This document shows, in pieces, positions 32,001 to 47,467 of a stretch of 64,000 bases of DNA (the stretch's first letter is position 1; every line of letters starts with the position of its first letter). Source of the DNA: the human T2T-CHM13v2.0 reference genome, Homo sapiens; the NCBI RefSeq assembly GCF_009914755.1, contig NC_060932.1; one strand, 5' to 3'. A program made the position numbers and the translations under genes. The notes beneath the pieces are model-generated. The model was given only the letters and a program-made list of their open reading frames with translations. It was not told where the DNA came from and did no database searches.

Positions 32001-34314
32001 TCACAAAGTGCTGTTGCCTACTCCACAGCCATGCAAGTTTGATTCTGGATCTGAGACAAGCTATGATCACATTGTTGTAGAGAACTGAGGTCCTTGGAAA
32101 ATAAAACACAGGTTCCCAACCAGAAGTTAATTTTATTCTGCTGTTAAAATGGAACTATGACTTTGCTTATTTATAAGAACTGTCCTTCCTTTTTAAGGTT
32201 AAAACATGTTATTTTATTATAATGCAAATAATATTCATTATTTAAAAATAGAAAAATAAGAGGCAGATGTAGTTCTAGCTCTTAATAAACCTGGCTAAAC
32301 TTTTACAAATTTCATCTGATCATTTATATACTTTTCTACATGATTGGACTTATTTATAATTTGGATTTTTGAATAGTGCTTTAACATTTTTTACTTAAAT
32401 TGTATACATTTTATAGATTATCTCTTGATAAGCATTATTTTAATGATATATATGTATAAATAATATATATTCTTACATAATACACACACATGTCTATGTA
32501 ATGACATATATATAATATTTTGCAATGGTGCATGTGTGCTTGTTCCCTTAAGATGGATATTTATTTGACTGTTTTCTTATTGTTGGATTATTTTGTTTCA
32601 TAAATAACATTCTATGCTGAAAATATTTTTAATTGCTATAAATTGCCCAACTAAGACATATAACTTCCTGTTATCCTTTCACTACCTTTGATAACACACT
32701 AAATTTTTCTTTACTATATTTCATTCCCTTCTTAATCTCATTTCTAAAAACTGTATTTCTGTCTTACAATATATATATCATTCCTTCAGTACTCCTACCT
32801 GTTGATCTTCTCATTGTTATTTACTGGCTTGTCAGGTCTTGGAAGATAGGCTTCTCATACAACCCAAGCCTCTCTTTTGACCTGACTATAAATATTTTAT
32901 TGTTTACATCTTCCCCTGCAAAGAATTCCTCTAGGATCTGCCCCTTTCTTGTTCTCCAGGCAGTATGCCTTGGACATTCTGTAGCTGGCTGGGACTGATT
33001 CCTTGCCAGGTCAGTAGGACAGATGTGTAGACTAAGAAATTAACTAGTGAGTTCAAGTGGAGGTTCCTGGCCTGTTGGTGCCTGTGAACAGGATTCTTTT
33101 GAGTATGATTAGTGACATGAAGGTCCTGAATAATATCGTAGGCAGAAGAAGTGCCATTACTACTCACAGTGTAAGAAGTAGCTTGAGTTAACTGGTGAAA
33201 GAGCTAAAAGTCAATGAAAAGTATTGAACTTTTAAAATGTATTATCTATTGAAAAGTTTAAAAGATCATTTATTGATTAAGGAAATTCCTTTGACTTTAA
33301 TAGCTGTGAGCTCTAATGGGGGCTAGAAACTCCAGCAAGTGGTACAGTTTCTAGAACCTAGCAGATAATTTTTCATTGACTAGAATTCCATGTGTGATAC
33401 AATGATTTGGCAAAGTAAATCACAATAATTATTATGTTCATTGTTTTCTCCTTTGTTTACCTTGATTAACCATCTTTGGTGATTGTTTCATAATTGTTGC
33501 TTTCTAAACAACTTTATTGAAGAGCTACAAATGGCTAGCTCTTCTCAACCCTTTAATTAGTGTCTGGGATCGGTGGATGTTAGTTGAGGGGAAAAGGTTA
33601 TTTTAATAATTTAAGACAAAACAATTTAGAAATTGTATTTTTTTGAAGACAACTTGCTATGTAACCTTTTATAATTCCCTGAATTTTTCTGAAATTGCTG
33701 TTTTCTTTAGTGTATAGCAGTGATAGCATGAAACCACCACTGACTTTTTTAGGGCAACTTGCTGGCTAATTTTATAAAATTTGAACCGCACTATATGAAT
33801 GAAGAATCATCTGTAGCAATTGCTCTTTTCCAAATGTTCTTTTGCTTCAAATGCCGTATCTGAATATTAGATTGTTTCTCCAGATGTTACAGGCTCATGT
33901 TTCCTTCTGCTGAATTCAATTGTTGGTTCCTGCTTATGTTTCTCAGGATTTGTATCATTTCTCTGTCTTAAGTAAGGTTTTTATAAATGCTCATCAATGT
34001 TGTAGAGTTTGGATTCAATTCAGATAGAGGCTATTTCCACCGGACTTTTGCTCATCTACTTCCTCCCTGGAGAATGGTGAAAAACAGTCCTCTTTTCCCT
34101 CCTCTGATAGGGTGATGGGCTACTATTGCTTTCTCTCTCCTAATATATTGAGTACACCGACCTCTCACCGAAACCTTAGGTCAAAGTGAGAAGAGGTGAT
34201 TGTTTTTAATTGGATGATTGCTACCATATACTTCTCTTTTGGTGGGATCCCAAAATAAATAAATAAATAAATGACACTCCCCCCAAAAAAGAGGAACTAA
34301 AAAAAGGCTGAGAA

Positions 34315-34578
34315 AGCATGCCATGAAGGTCCAGGCTTGGACAACAAGCATACCATGATGTGAATTTTAGCCCCATCACCTACTAACTGTGTGACCTTGG
34401 GCAAGCTTTTGAACTCACCAGGGCCTCAATTTCCTAACCTATAAAATTTTTGTGATCATTATTATAATTACAACTAAGAATAAGTATCTTATCATTTTGC
34501 TGCAATACACGCGTGATAATTGTCCTAAAGTGCTTAACATGGTGTCTAGAACGCATTATGTACTTAATAATTATTGTC
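34315..34578 (+). mobile_element. MIR
   Basis: tactaactgtgtgaccttgggcaag...gcctcaatttcctaacctataaaat...aaagtgcttaaca. Confidence 0.8.
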
Positions 34579-36184
34579 TGAAAAAATAAACACATGAAGA
34601 AAATACCTTATTGTCAAAGAATATAATACTGTGCCCCAACTTGTGAAAGATTAAACCTCTTGTGTCTCCAGGATTTCTAATAGCTTATCCCAGAAAGGCA
34701 GTGCAGAGGACATGTGGGCTCTCTTCCTACTGCAGACTCAGGCTATTCTGATGGTGGGGTCCAAGGGCAGCCTTGCTTCTGCCATTTGCTCAGTTGATCT
34801 TGTGAACAGCTGCGGTTCTTGCTGTAACTACTTGCTCGCTCTCAGTGACTCTGTACTGTAAATGTTTCATGTGAAGAAGCACTGCTCTAAAACAAAGCTG
34901 GAAAACAGGGAGGCAATTGCCAGAGCTGTCATTGTGCTGAGTCAGGGAAGGCTTCAGCAATCATCCAAAGAGATGTGGCATTTACACCTGCAGCTGGATG
35001 GGTTATGAACCCAAATAGGTCCTTAAAAAGGAAGGCTCATCTCCTTTCCCCCCAACAGCCCCCCACCCACTCAATTTTTGCCTACTTTAAGGGAAGGTTT
35101 TTGGTAACTAATTTTTCATCTGCTCATTAAAGCTTACCAATTACAGCATGTGTTACAAATTATAGGTTCCAGGACTTTGGGTGAAATGTGCTTCGTAAAT
35201 AATGGCATATTTTGCTGTGAGCAGTCCTTGATTTTGGACTCTTGCATTACCTTTCATCTCGCAAATTTTCCGTATAGGAATACTTGGATGTACAAATTTC
35301 AGGCAAGTATCCGATGTATCTTATAGAATCAGCTACCCGACAATATTGTCAAAAAGAGAAGCAACGCTTTCAGATGATGTAAGCATAGAATCAAGCAAGG
35401 AGTTGGTTGAATCCTTCTTGTGCTTTTCCTTTGAGATCACCTTATTTCAGAATCCTAGGAGGATTGAAACATTCCTACTTTGATATTTTCCTCTGGAGAT
35501 CACTTGTTAAAAGTCGTCAGGAGTGACATTTACTAGTCTTGTATTTTCTCTGGTCTTAACTTGAAAAGTTCTGCTCATCAAAAATGAGTATGTTGAGATG
35601 ATATTTTCTATAGAAATTTTGTATTTTACCCCCTTAAAATCCTCACTTTTCACATGAAAGTGTATGCTCAGATAAAACAAGACTCATGGAGAGCACATGG
35701 GTGAGATCATGCTAGGCTCTCATTGCTAGGCTGAGATTTGCATTTTTCTGAAAATCAGAGTGCTGAATTTTCTTAGCTTTGAAGTAGCTAATGGGACAGT
35801 GTGTGTATATGTGTGTGTGCCCACTTGCATATAATTCCGAATTACTTGTTTATGTGTAGTATATGATTCTATGACAAAGAGCTCCCTTTAATGCAAATGT
35901 AAGGCATTCATGAGCATCTCATGTATAAGCTCATATTTTGAACTTTGTTTTTCTTTTACTCAAAGAATTTACAAAATCATTTTGTGGTTTGAAAAGTAAT
36001 TCAGATTTCCTATAAAATGTTATATAAAATTTTAAATTTAGATTTTAGCTAGCAAGTATTGGCTTAACTGTAGAAAGAACTTCATTTTCTAGGACCATTC
36101 AATAGTCTAGCTTCTGCTTTATGACAATCTACTCGTGTTTTTTAAAGGATAATAATATTAAAACATTTTTATAAATCTCACAAT

Positions 36185-36680
<496 letters not shown>

Positions 36681-37172
36681 ATACTTCACTAGAATAAGTC
36701 TTATTTTTTATAATTGATACAACTGGTCTAAATATTAATGAAGTTTTAAGATTCAATTTACATATAGCTTCTGTCTCTGTAAGTTACCAGTTATTACTAC
36801 CTAAAATACACTTGGAGTCAATAGTAACATTGAATATTCCTAGATTTTATTTTTTAATACCAACCAGAATAGGAGGCCTCAAAATACCTGTGATGGAAAA
36901 AATGCAGTGCCTGAGTGCATGCAGCTAAGCCTGATCACTAGAATACATTTCATTTATATTTTATAAGATACCAAAGACTTCAGAACTACAAAGAGAACTA
37001 TAGTTGCTGCAACCAGAAACCTATTCACATATACGTACTTTTATAAATCATGTGCATATGTGTGTGGGTACCTCCATGTGTGTGCATATATAAATACATC
37101 TAAAAGCTGAGAACCACCTTAGTCTGGGGCATTAAAACTTTAGTAAACTTTTTTGATGTATATGTTGAATAA

Positions 37173-37658
<486 letters not shown>

Positions 37659-37764
37659 TGATAGCTACTATTTAATGAAACTTTTTTTGTGTTTCAGGGT
37701 CTCAACTCTATCTTTCTATCTATCTACTTATCTACCTACCTATCTATTTTTTTCTCAATTAATT

Positions 37765-37887
37765 CCAGAATGTTAAATTTCATGATGGCAAAAGTCATTA
37801 TTAATTTTGTTCACTGACATACTAAGCACTTAAAATGCTGCCTGGCACATGTAGAGACTCAGAATATGCTTTCAGAATTGAATGAAA
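37765..37887 (+). mobile_element. L2 3' end
   Basis: ttttgttcactg...tgcctggcacat..actcagaatatg..gaattgaatgaa. Confidence 0.7.
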
Positions 37888-37909
37888 ATATCTTGACAAG
37901 GTAGCACAG

Positions 37910-38527
37910 TTTTTGCTTTTGTTTTTGTTTTAATAGAGTCAGGGTATTGCTCTGTCACCCCACCCAGGCTGGAGTGCAGTGGTATGATACAGCTGACTGC
38001 AGCCTCGAACTCCTGGGCTCAAGCGATCCTCCTGCCTCGGCCTCCTGAGTAGCCAGTACCACAGGTGTGTGCCACCACGCCCAGCTAAGTTTTTATTTTT
38101 TGTATTTTTTTTGTTTTTTTGAGATAGGGTCTTCCTCAGTCTTCAGGTACAATCTCAGCTCACTGCAACCTCAACCTCCTGGGCTCAAGTAATCCTCCTG
38201 CCTCAGCCTCCCAAGTAGCTAGGACCACAGACACACACCACCACACCCAGCTAATTTTTAAAAAATTATTTTTAGTAGAAATGAGGTCTCACTATTTTGC
38301 CCAGGCTGGTCTCAAACTCCTGTGTTCAAGTGGTCCTCCCGCCTCAGCCTCCCAAAGTACTAGGATTACAGGTGTGAGCTACCACACCCAGCCTAATATT
38401 TTATTTTTTGTAGACACAGGGTCCCCTTATGTTGCCCAGGCTGGTCTCAAACTCCTGTGTTCAAGTGGTCCTCCCGCCTCAGCCTCCCAAAAGGTTGGGA
38501 TTACAGGTGCGACCCACTGTGTCAGCC
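37910..38527 (-). mobile_element. Nested AluJ-in-AluJ (inner copy 38105-38393 inserted in the A-rich linker of the outer copy)
   Basis: Order is right arm / complete Alu / left arm. TSD taagtttttattttttgta (38086-38104) vs taatattttattttttgta (38394-38412). Confidence 0.9.
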
Positions 38528-38529
38528 TC

Positions 38530-38670
38530 TCATTGTTTTCCATCTGACAGGTGAGAAACTGAACCTCAGAGAGCATGGATTACTGACCCAGTATCACAGC
38601 TAGTGCAGTGCAGAAGCAGGAGTGGAACCTCCATTTGGCTCCACTGGCCAGACTCCCTATCTGTGACTCT
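38530..38670 (-). mobile_element. MIR fragment
   Basis: acaggtgagaaactgaacctcagagag...atcacagctagt. Confidence 0.7.
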
Positions 38671-40469
38671 GTCTCCAAGAAGCTCTTCGAGGCCAGACAG
38701 CAGCATCTTCTGGGGTCTTTTAGGTCACAAGTATCCCTGGTCTTTTCATGACTACACATTTCTGGCTGACTTTAGAGCTCTAGATGTTTTTCTCCTATGT
38801 TGATCTACCCCGTAAGGCTCCATGAGAGGCTTGGACTATTGTTTCACAGTAGGCTTCCTAAGACATTTTGCTTAGCTCCTTGAAGGCTTCCACCTGCTCT
38901 TGAGCTTAGAAGGAGAATATGGCCTAGTCAAAGAGAGAAGAGCATAATAGCAGATAGGAGTAAGTGAGCAGGAAACACAGAGAAATGGTGAAGAGGAGGA
39001 AAGAATGGCCAATAGAAGATGGAAAGGCAGCAGTCACGGTCACAAAAAAAGGGTCCAGAAACAATACAGGAGATGCACAAGAGATTTCATTGCTTTTAAG
39101 AAGTGTTATGCTAAAATATCTTCCTCTATAGGGAAAAGACAATGGCAAAGAACTTTTAAAATTTTTATTTGGCTACTTCTATTTAAGTATTAAGTATATC
39201 GCGGTGTACAATAAATGTTTACTTAACAAAATACATAAAACTCTTTCCTGGGCTAAACCTTGAAAGACAGTCATACATATTTCATAAGTTTTTTGTTGTA
39301 AAATATTTGATGATTTCGCAGTTAGGGGGTTTCTTAGAAAGTGCTATACATAATCAGATATAACCTTTCCATTTTATATTTCCTTGTGTAAGCACCATGA
39401 CTTCTAGTAATCTTGAGTGTCTCCCCTTTTCAATTCACTTAGGAATTTTGCATTTAAACTATTGCCCTTGTTTAGGGAGAACAAAACAACACATCCAAAA
39501 AAATGACCAAATGTGTACAACCTGGTATTACATTTCTGATTTACATAATTTCCACCTCAGAAAGGTTTTCTTAAATACAAAACTCACTCACTTTATTTTA
39601 ATGCCCGAAAGAATAGCCCAGATAAATGGACTCCAAATTTGAGGCCTGAGTAATAATGCATTTTAGGATTAGACTAGTCATCCTTGCTATTTTCGTGGTG
39701 TTCATCACGTACAGAGTACAACAAGATACTCTATTATCCCTTCAGGCTGTTGGATAAATACAAATAAGCACATACAACCAAAACAAATCATTGTATCTGT
39801 GAATTGAAATGCATGTCATAAGAACTTTAATCTGGTGCAATTGCTCTTATAGCCAAGTAAATATAGTCAGCAAAGCTTACCTTTTATGTTAAGCATTTTA
39901 CAGATTACATATGTAAGATAAATTTAAGATTTGTGTTTAAATGACTTTTAAAAGTAAAAAAAGCATTGGGAAGACTTCTTACTCAGAGGTTGTGGTCAGT
40001 CATTTTCAAATAATTTTTCATTGCCAACATCTCATACATAAACTTATATAAGCTTCTACAACCCCTCCCAGAGTCAGCCTTCTCTCTTCTTTCAGTAACA
40101 TCCTATGTTGCCATCTGACTGAACTGCACCATTTGTCACCAGTTCCAACACATCTTGTCAACATACCTTTTCTATTGGAAGAAAAAAAGAAAATGGGCTT
40201 GAATAAAAACATGTAAATAAATGATGAGCACTTTGCTCTTTTGGTTGAATTAAACAGTGTTGAAAGGTGTTAGCTAGAGAAGACTTAATAGAAAGTATAA
40301 CATTTTAAATAATGTTTAAGGGGAAAAAGAAAAAGACATTTTAGGTTTCAGAATAAATAAAAGATAAAAATAAATAATAAAAGATTTTAAGTATTAGGGA
40401 TGACTTGCAAAATCTCAGAGGTAAAGGTAAGAAACACTAGACAGAAAATAATTTTATTTGAATTTAAAA

Positions 40470-43400
40470 AATGGGAGAGAATCCACAGACCCTTTGAGGG
40501 AACTGGATCATCTTTGCAGACTCCCTGAGATGTCGAAAAACTGTGAGTCTGCTTGCTTTCTCAATGGGGATGCTCATGGTATGGGGCAATTTCTCAGCCC
40601 TGATCATCTGCTGCCTGGAAATAGACTCAGTGCTGTTGGTAGGGGATGGTGGGAGTGAGACCGGCCTTTAGGACTGCAGGCTGCATGGGAGTGGGGTGAG
40701 GCCTGTGATTGCTGGCTTTCCCCCACTTCTCTGGTATCCTGTATGACTCAACAGTGGCAGCCATAATCCCCCTGGGAATACAACTTCATTAGACTGGGAA
40801 CCACATCCCCATCCCCCACAGCAGCCACAGCAAGCCCTGCCAAAAGAGAGGCTGAACTCAGACACACCTATCCCTGCCTCCACCTGGTGGTCTTTCTCTA
40901 TCAGCCCTGGTAGCTGAAGACAAAGTTCATAATCTCTTGGGAGGTCTATGGCCCTGTCCACTGCCTAAGAAACCTTAATACTCAACCAGATGTCCCTAGG
41001 GCAAGTTTGCAACCTGTCTATAGGACCACAGCTGATGCACTCTTGAAAATGACACCTCCTGGCTGGAGGCTAAACCAAAACCAGTGCATTAAACAAAAAC
41101 ACAACCAAGGACCTCACAGAGTCCACTTCACTCCCCTGCTACCTCCACCAGAGTAGGTACTAGTATGCACAGCTGCAAGACCTGAAGAGGGATCGCATCA
41201 TAGGACTCTGCAGATATTCCCCAGTACAAGCCCAGAGCCCAGTAGCTCCACTGGGTGGCTAGACCCAGAAGAGCAAAAACAATCCCTACAATTCATCTCT
41301 CAGAAAGCCCCATTCCTAGGAGAAGGGGGAGAACACCACATCAAGGGGGCACCTCATGGGACAAAAGAATCTGAACAGCAGTTCTTGAATCCCAGATCTT
41401 CCCTCTGACATAGTCTACCTGAATGAGATGGGACCAGAAAAACAATTCTGGTAGTATGACAAAATAAGGTTGTTTAACACCCCCCAAAAATCATACCAGC
41501 TCACCAGCAATGGATCCAAACCAAGATGAAATCTGAATTGCCAGAAAAAAGAAAAATTGGAAGGTTGGTTATTAAGCTCATCAAGGAGGCACCAGAAAAA
41601 GGTGAAGTCCAACTTAAAGAAGTTGAAAACGTGATACAGGATATGAAAGGAAAAATCTTCAGTGAAATAAAGAGCATAAATAAAAAACAATTGCAACTTC
41701 TGGAAATCAAGGACACACTTAGAGAAATGCAAAATGCACTGGAAAGTCTCAGCCATAGAATCAAACAGGCAGAAGAAAGAACTTCTGAGCTCGAAGACAA
41801 GGCATTTGAATTAACTCAGTCCATCAAAGACAAAGAGAAAAGAATTTTAAAAAAATGAACAAAGGCTCCAAGAAGTTTGGGACTATGTTAAATGTCCCAA
41901 CCTAAGAATAACTAGTGTTCCTGAGGAAGAAGAGAAATCTAAAAGTTTGGAAAGCATATTTGAGGGAATAATTGAGGAAGATATCCCCGGCCTTGCTAAA
42001 GATCTAGACATTCAAATACAAGAAGCTCAAAGAACACCTGGGAAACTCATCGCAAAAAGATCATTGGCTTGGCACACAGTCATCAGGTTATCTAAAGTCA
42101 AGATGAAGGAAAGAATCTTAAGAGCTCTGAGGCAAAAGCGTCAGGTAACCTATAAAGAAATATCTATCAGGTTAACAGATTTCTAAGCAGAAACCCTACA
42201 AGTTAGAAGAGATTGGGGTCCTATTCTTAGCCTCTTTAAACAAAACAATTATTAGCCAAGAATTTTGTATTCAGCAAAACTAAGCTTCGTAAATGAAGGA
42301 AAGATACAGTGTCTACCAGGCACACAAATGATGAGAGAATTCACCATTACCAAGCCAGCACTACAAGAACTGCTGAAAGGAGCTCTAAATCCTGAAACCA
42401 ATACTCAAAATACACCAAAATAGAACCTCCTTAAAGCATAAATCTCACAGTACCTATATAATAATAACACAATGAAAAAAAAAAACCCAACTTATTCAGG
42501 CAACAAATAGCATGATGAATAGAGTAGTATCTCACATCTCAATACTAACATTGAATGTAAATAGCCTAAATGCACCTCTTAAAAGATACAGAATGGCAGA
42601 ATGAATAAGCATTCACCAACCAAGTTTTCTTCTGTTTTTCAGGAGACTCATCTAACACATAAGGACTCACATCAACTTAAGATAAAGGGGTAAAAAAGAT
42701 ATTTTATGCAAATGGGCATCAAAAGCAGGAATAGCTATTCTTATATCAGAATAAACAAAATTTACAGCAACAGCAGTTTAAAAAGACAAATATGTTCATT
42801 ATATAATGTTAAAGGGATTAGTCTGGCAGGAAAATACCGCAATTCTAAATATATAAGCACCTAACACTGGAGCACCCAAATTTATAAAATAATCACTACT
42901 AGACCTAAGAAATGAGATAGACAGCAACACAATAGTAGTGGGGGACTTCAGTACTCCCCTGACAGCACTAAACTGGTCATCAAGACAGAAAGTCAACAAA
43001 CTCTAGCCTGCAACAAATGAACTTAACAGATATTTATAGAACATTCTACCCAACAACTGCAGAGTATACATTCTACTCATCAGCACATGGAACATTGTCC
43101 AAGATAGACCATATGATAGGCCACAAAACAAGTCTGAGCAAATTTAAGAACATTGAAATTACATCAAGTACTCTCTCAGACTACAGTGGAATAAAATTGC
43201 AAATCAACTCCTAAAGGCATCCCCAAACCATACAAATACATGCAAATTAAATAACTTGCTCCTGAATGATCATTGAGTCAACAAGGAAATCAAGATGGAA
43301 ATTAAAAAATTATTTAAACTGAGTGATAATAGTGACACAGCCTATCAAAACCACTGAGATACAGCAAAAAATGGTGCTAAGGGGAAAGTTCATAGCATTA

Positions 43401-46400
43401 AATGTTTACATCAAAAAGTCTGAAAGAGCACAAATAGACAATCTAAGGTCACACTTCATGGAACTAGAGAAAAAAGAACAAACCAAACTGAAACCCGGCA
43501 GAAGAAAAGAAATAACGAGGATCAGAGCAGAACTAAATGAAATTGAAACAAACAAAAACAATACAGAAAATAAATAAAAAGCTGTTTCTTTGAAAATGTG
43601 AATGAAATTGATATACCATTAGTGAGATTAACCAAGAAAAGAAGAGAGAACATCCAAATAATCGTAATTAGAAATGAAATGGGAGATACTACAGCCAATA
43701 CCATAAAAATACAAAAGATTATTCAAGGCTACTATGAACACCTTTACACACATAAACTAGAAAACCTAGGGGAGATGGATAAATTCCTGGAAATATACAA
43801 CCCTCCTAGGTTAAACCAGGAAGATATAGAACCTCTCAACAGACCAATAACAACCTGCAAGATTGAAATGGTAATAAAAAAATTGCCAACAACAAAAAAA
43901 GTCCAGGACCAGATGGATTCACAGCTGAATTCTATCAGACATTCAAAGAAGAATTGGTACCAATCCTACTGAAAATCTTCCAAATGATAGAGAAAGAAGG
44001 AATACTCTCTAAATCAATCTACAAAGCCAGTATCACCCTAATGCCAAAGCCAGAGAAGGACATAACAAAAAACGAAAACTACAGTCAGTATCCCTGATGA
44101 ACATAGATGCAAAAATCCTCAATAAAATCCTAGTGAATTGAATCCAACAGTATATCAAAAAGATAATCCACCATGATCAAGTAGGTTTCACACTAGGGAT
44201 GCAGGGATGGTTTAACATAGGCAAGTCAATAAATGTGATACACCACTTAAACAGAATTACAACCAGAAATCACATGATTGTCTCAATAGACACAGAAAAA
44301 CCATTTGACAAAATCCAATCTCCCTTTGTGACTAAAAACCTCAGCAAAATCTGCATAGAAGGGTCATACCTTAAGGTAATAAAAACCATCTATGGCAAGC
44401 CCACAGCCAACTTTATACTGAAGAGGGAAAAGTGGAAAGCATTCCCACTAAGAACTGGAACAAGGATGCCCACTTTCACCACTTCTATTCAACATCGTAC
44501 CAGGAATCTTAGCCAGAGCAATCAGACAAGACAAAGAAATTAAGAGCACCCAAAATGGTAAAGAAGACATCAAATTGTTGCTGTTTGCAGATGATATGAT
44601 GGTATACCTAGAAACCCTAAAGTTTCCACCAAAAAGCTCCTAGAACTGGTAAATGAATTCAGCAAAGTTTCAGGATACAAAATTAATGTAAAAAATTAGT
44701 AGCTCTGCTATACACTAACAGCAACCAAGCTGAGAATCAAATCAAGAACTCAACCCCTTTCACAATATCAGCAAAAAAATAAAATACGTAGGAATATACC
44801 TAAACAAGGATGTGAAAGACCTCTACAAGGAAAACTACAAAACACTGCTGAAAGAAATCATAGACAACACAAACAAATGGAAACACATCCCATGCTCATG
44901 GATGGGTGAATTAATATTGTGAAAATGACCATACTGCCAAAAGCAATCTACATATTCAATGCAATTCCCTTCAAAATACCATCATCACTCTTCACATAAC
45001 TAGACAAAACAATCCTAAAATTCATATGGAACAAAAAAAGAGCCTGCATAGACAAAGCAAGACTAAGCCAAAGAACAAATCTGAAGGCATCACATTATCT
45101 AACATCAAACTATATTATAAGGCAATAGTCACCAAAACAGCATGGTACTGGTATAAAAATAGGTGCATAGACCAATGGAACAGAATAGAGAACCCAGAAA
45201 TAAACCCAAATACTTACAGCCCACTGATATTCACCAAAGCAAACAAAAACAAAGTGGGGAAAGGACACCCTATTCAACAAATGGTGCTGAGATCATTGGC
45301 AAGCCACATGTAGAGGAATGAAACTGGATCTTCATCTCTTATCCTATGCAAAAATCAACTCAAGATGGATCATATACTTAAATCTAAGATGTGAAACCAT
45401 AAAGATTTTAGAAGATAACATCAGAAAAACCCTTCTAGACATTGACTTAGGCAAAGACTTAAATGACCAAGAACCCAAAAGTAAATGCAACAAAAACAAA
45501 GAGAAATAGATGGGAATTAATGAAACTAAAAAGTTTCTGCACAGCAAAAAAAATAATCAGCAGAGTTAACAGACAATCCACAGAGTAGGAGAAAATCTTC
45601 ACAATCTATACATCTGACAAAGGACTAATATCCAGAATCTACAAAGAATTGAAGCAAATTAGCAAGATAAAGACAAACAATCTCATCAAAAAGTGGGCTA
45701 AAGACATGAATAGACAATTCTCAAAAGAAGACATACAAATGGCCAAAAAGCATATGGAAAAATGCTCAACATCACTAATTATCAGGGAAATACAAATCAA
45801 AACCACTATGTGATACCACCTTACTTCCTCAAGAATGACCATAATAAAAAGAAAAAAAAAAAACCAACAAAAAATAGTTGTTGGCGTGGATGCAATGAAA
45901 AGGGAACACTTTTACACTGTTGGTGGGAATGGACTAGTACAACCATTATGGAAACTAAAAGTAGATCTACCATTTGATCCAGCAATCCCACTACTAGGTA
46001 TCTACCCAGAGGAAGTCATTATACAAAAAAGATACTTGCACATACACCTGTATAGCAGCACAATTCACTGTTGCAAAAATATGGAACCAGCCCAAATGCC
46101 CATCAATCAACCAGTGGATAAAGAAGATATGACAAAAATATTTATATGTACACACACGCCATGGAATACTACTTAGCCATAAAAGCAACAAAATAATGAC
46201 ATTTGTAGCAACCTGGATGGAATTGGAGATTATTATTCTAATTGAAGTAACTCAGGAATGGAAAACCAAACGTTGTATGTTCTCACTCATATGTGGGAGC
46301 TAAGCTATGAAGATCCAAAGGCATAAGAATGATACATTGGACTTCGGGGACTTGCAGGGAAAGTTTGGGGACTGGCGAAGGATAAGAGAATATTCACTGG

Positions 46401-46538
46401 GTACAGTGTACACTGCTCTGGTGATGGCTGCACCAAAATTTCAGAAATCACTACTAAAAAACTTACTCATGTAACCAATCACCCCCTGTTCCCCAAAAAC
46501 CTATTGAAATAAATAAATAAATAAATAAATAAATAAAT
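40470..46538 (+). mobile_element. Near full-length L1PB (PB1/2, L1PBa-type 5' UTR); ORF1 and ORF2 disrupted
   Basis: 5' UTR ~40470-41420; ORF1 remnant ~41423-42423 (EERTSELEDK, IQIQEAQRTP); ORF2 remnant from ~42512 (EN motif SKIDHM, RT motif LFADDM at 44581-44598); 3' UTR and (AAAT)n tail. Many stops and frameshifts. Confidence 0.95.
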
Positions 46539-47240
46539 TGAATGAATGAACCAAAGGTATTGCACGAGGAAGCAACATAAATAAACTTAGTGAGTGAAAC
46601 AGTGAAGAAAGGGGCAATGTGATGGTGGTGATAGGTATACAGGTTACCTTGTTCACCCTTTTAATACTGTGGATAAACAGAATCAAGTAATTTGTTCAGC
46701 TAACTAGATTCCATGAAAATATGTAGCCATTTTTCTGGCTAAATGTAAGAAGAGGGAATGAACAATTGGGTTAGAACCTTCATAAAAAGACATCCACAGG
46801 GAAGCTACAAAGATTTCTTATGGTCCCCAACAACAAGTTCGCATACTGTGCCTACCTTGTTTTTCTCACAGTTTGATTTCAATCCTCTCACATTTTGTGA
46901 GGTGGCTGTTTATACCAATCTGTGGCCTAAGATATTCTTATGACTATTACTTGTTTATCAAAATGGTACACATTCTTCAGTTGCAGCTCCACAGGCTTTC
47001 TGGAACTACTGTAATTAACATTGATTTCTTTATCTCTTTCCTTATTTGTCATGTATGATTATCACTACATAGAATGACATTTACTTTTTCTCCTTTTTCT
47101 TTTATATGTGCTAATTCTGTCTCTTTAGCCTAGTCAGAAGCTCTGAGTTCGCAGAATAACCATGAACACAGAATTAAAGGTCTAGATAGATCTTGTCTAA
47201 CCCTTTCATTTTCAAAGAAGGAAAGTTTGTAAAATGGAAA

Positions 47241-47467
47241 CTACAGTGATATTGAGTGTATACTATGTGTCAGACAGCTTTAACATTTTTGTATGAATCA
47301 CTCGTGTTGTCATCTCAAAGGTCATATGGAATACATACTATTATTGTCATCATTTTACAAATGAAAAGAACGATATGCAGAGAAGTGGCTTGCTGAGGGC
47401 ACACAGCTAGTAAGAGACAGTGCTGGGATTCAACTCTAGACCTTCTGGCTCTAGCTCTTAACTTTCC
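47241..47467 (-). mobile_element. MIR
   Basis: tactatgtgtcagaca...cattttacaaatga...cacacagctagtaag...ctgggattcaac. Confidence 0.8.

Noticed and set aside
41415-46191. Cluster of ORFs suggesting a multi-gene system
   Set aside because: All are fragments or antisense frames of one decayed L1PB.
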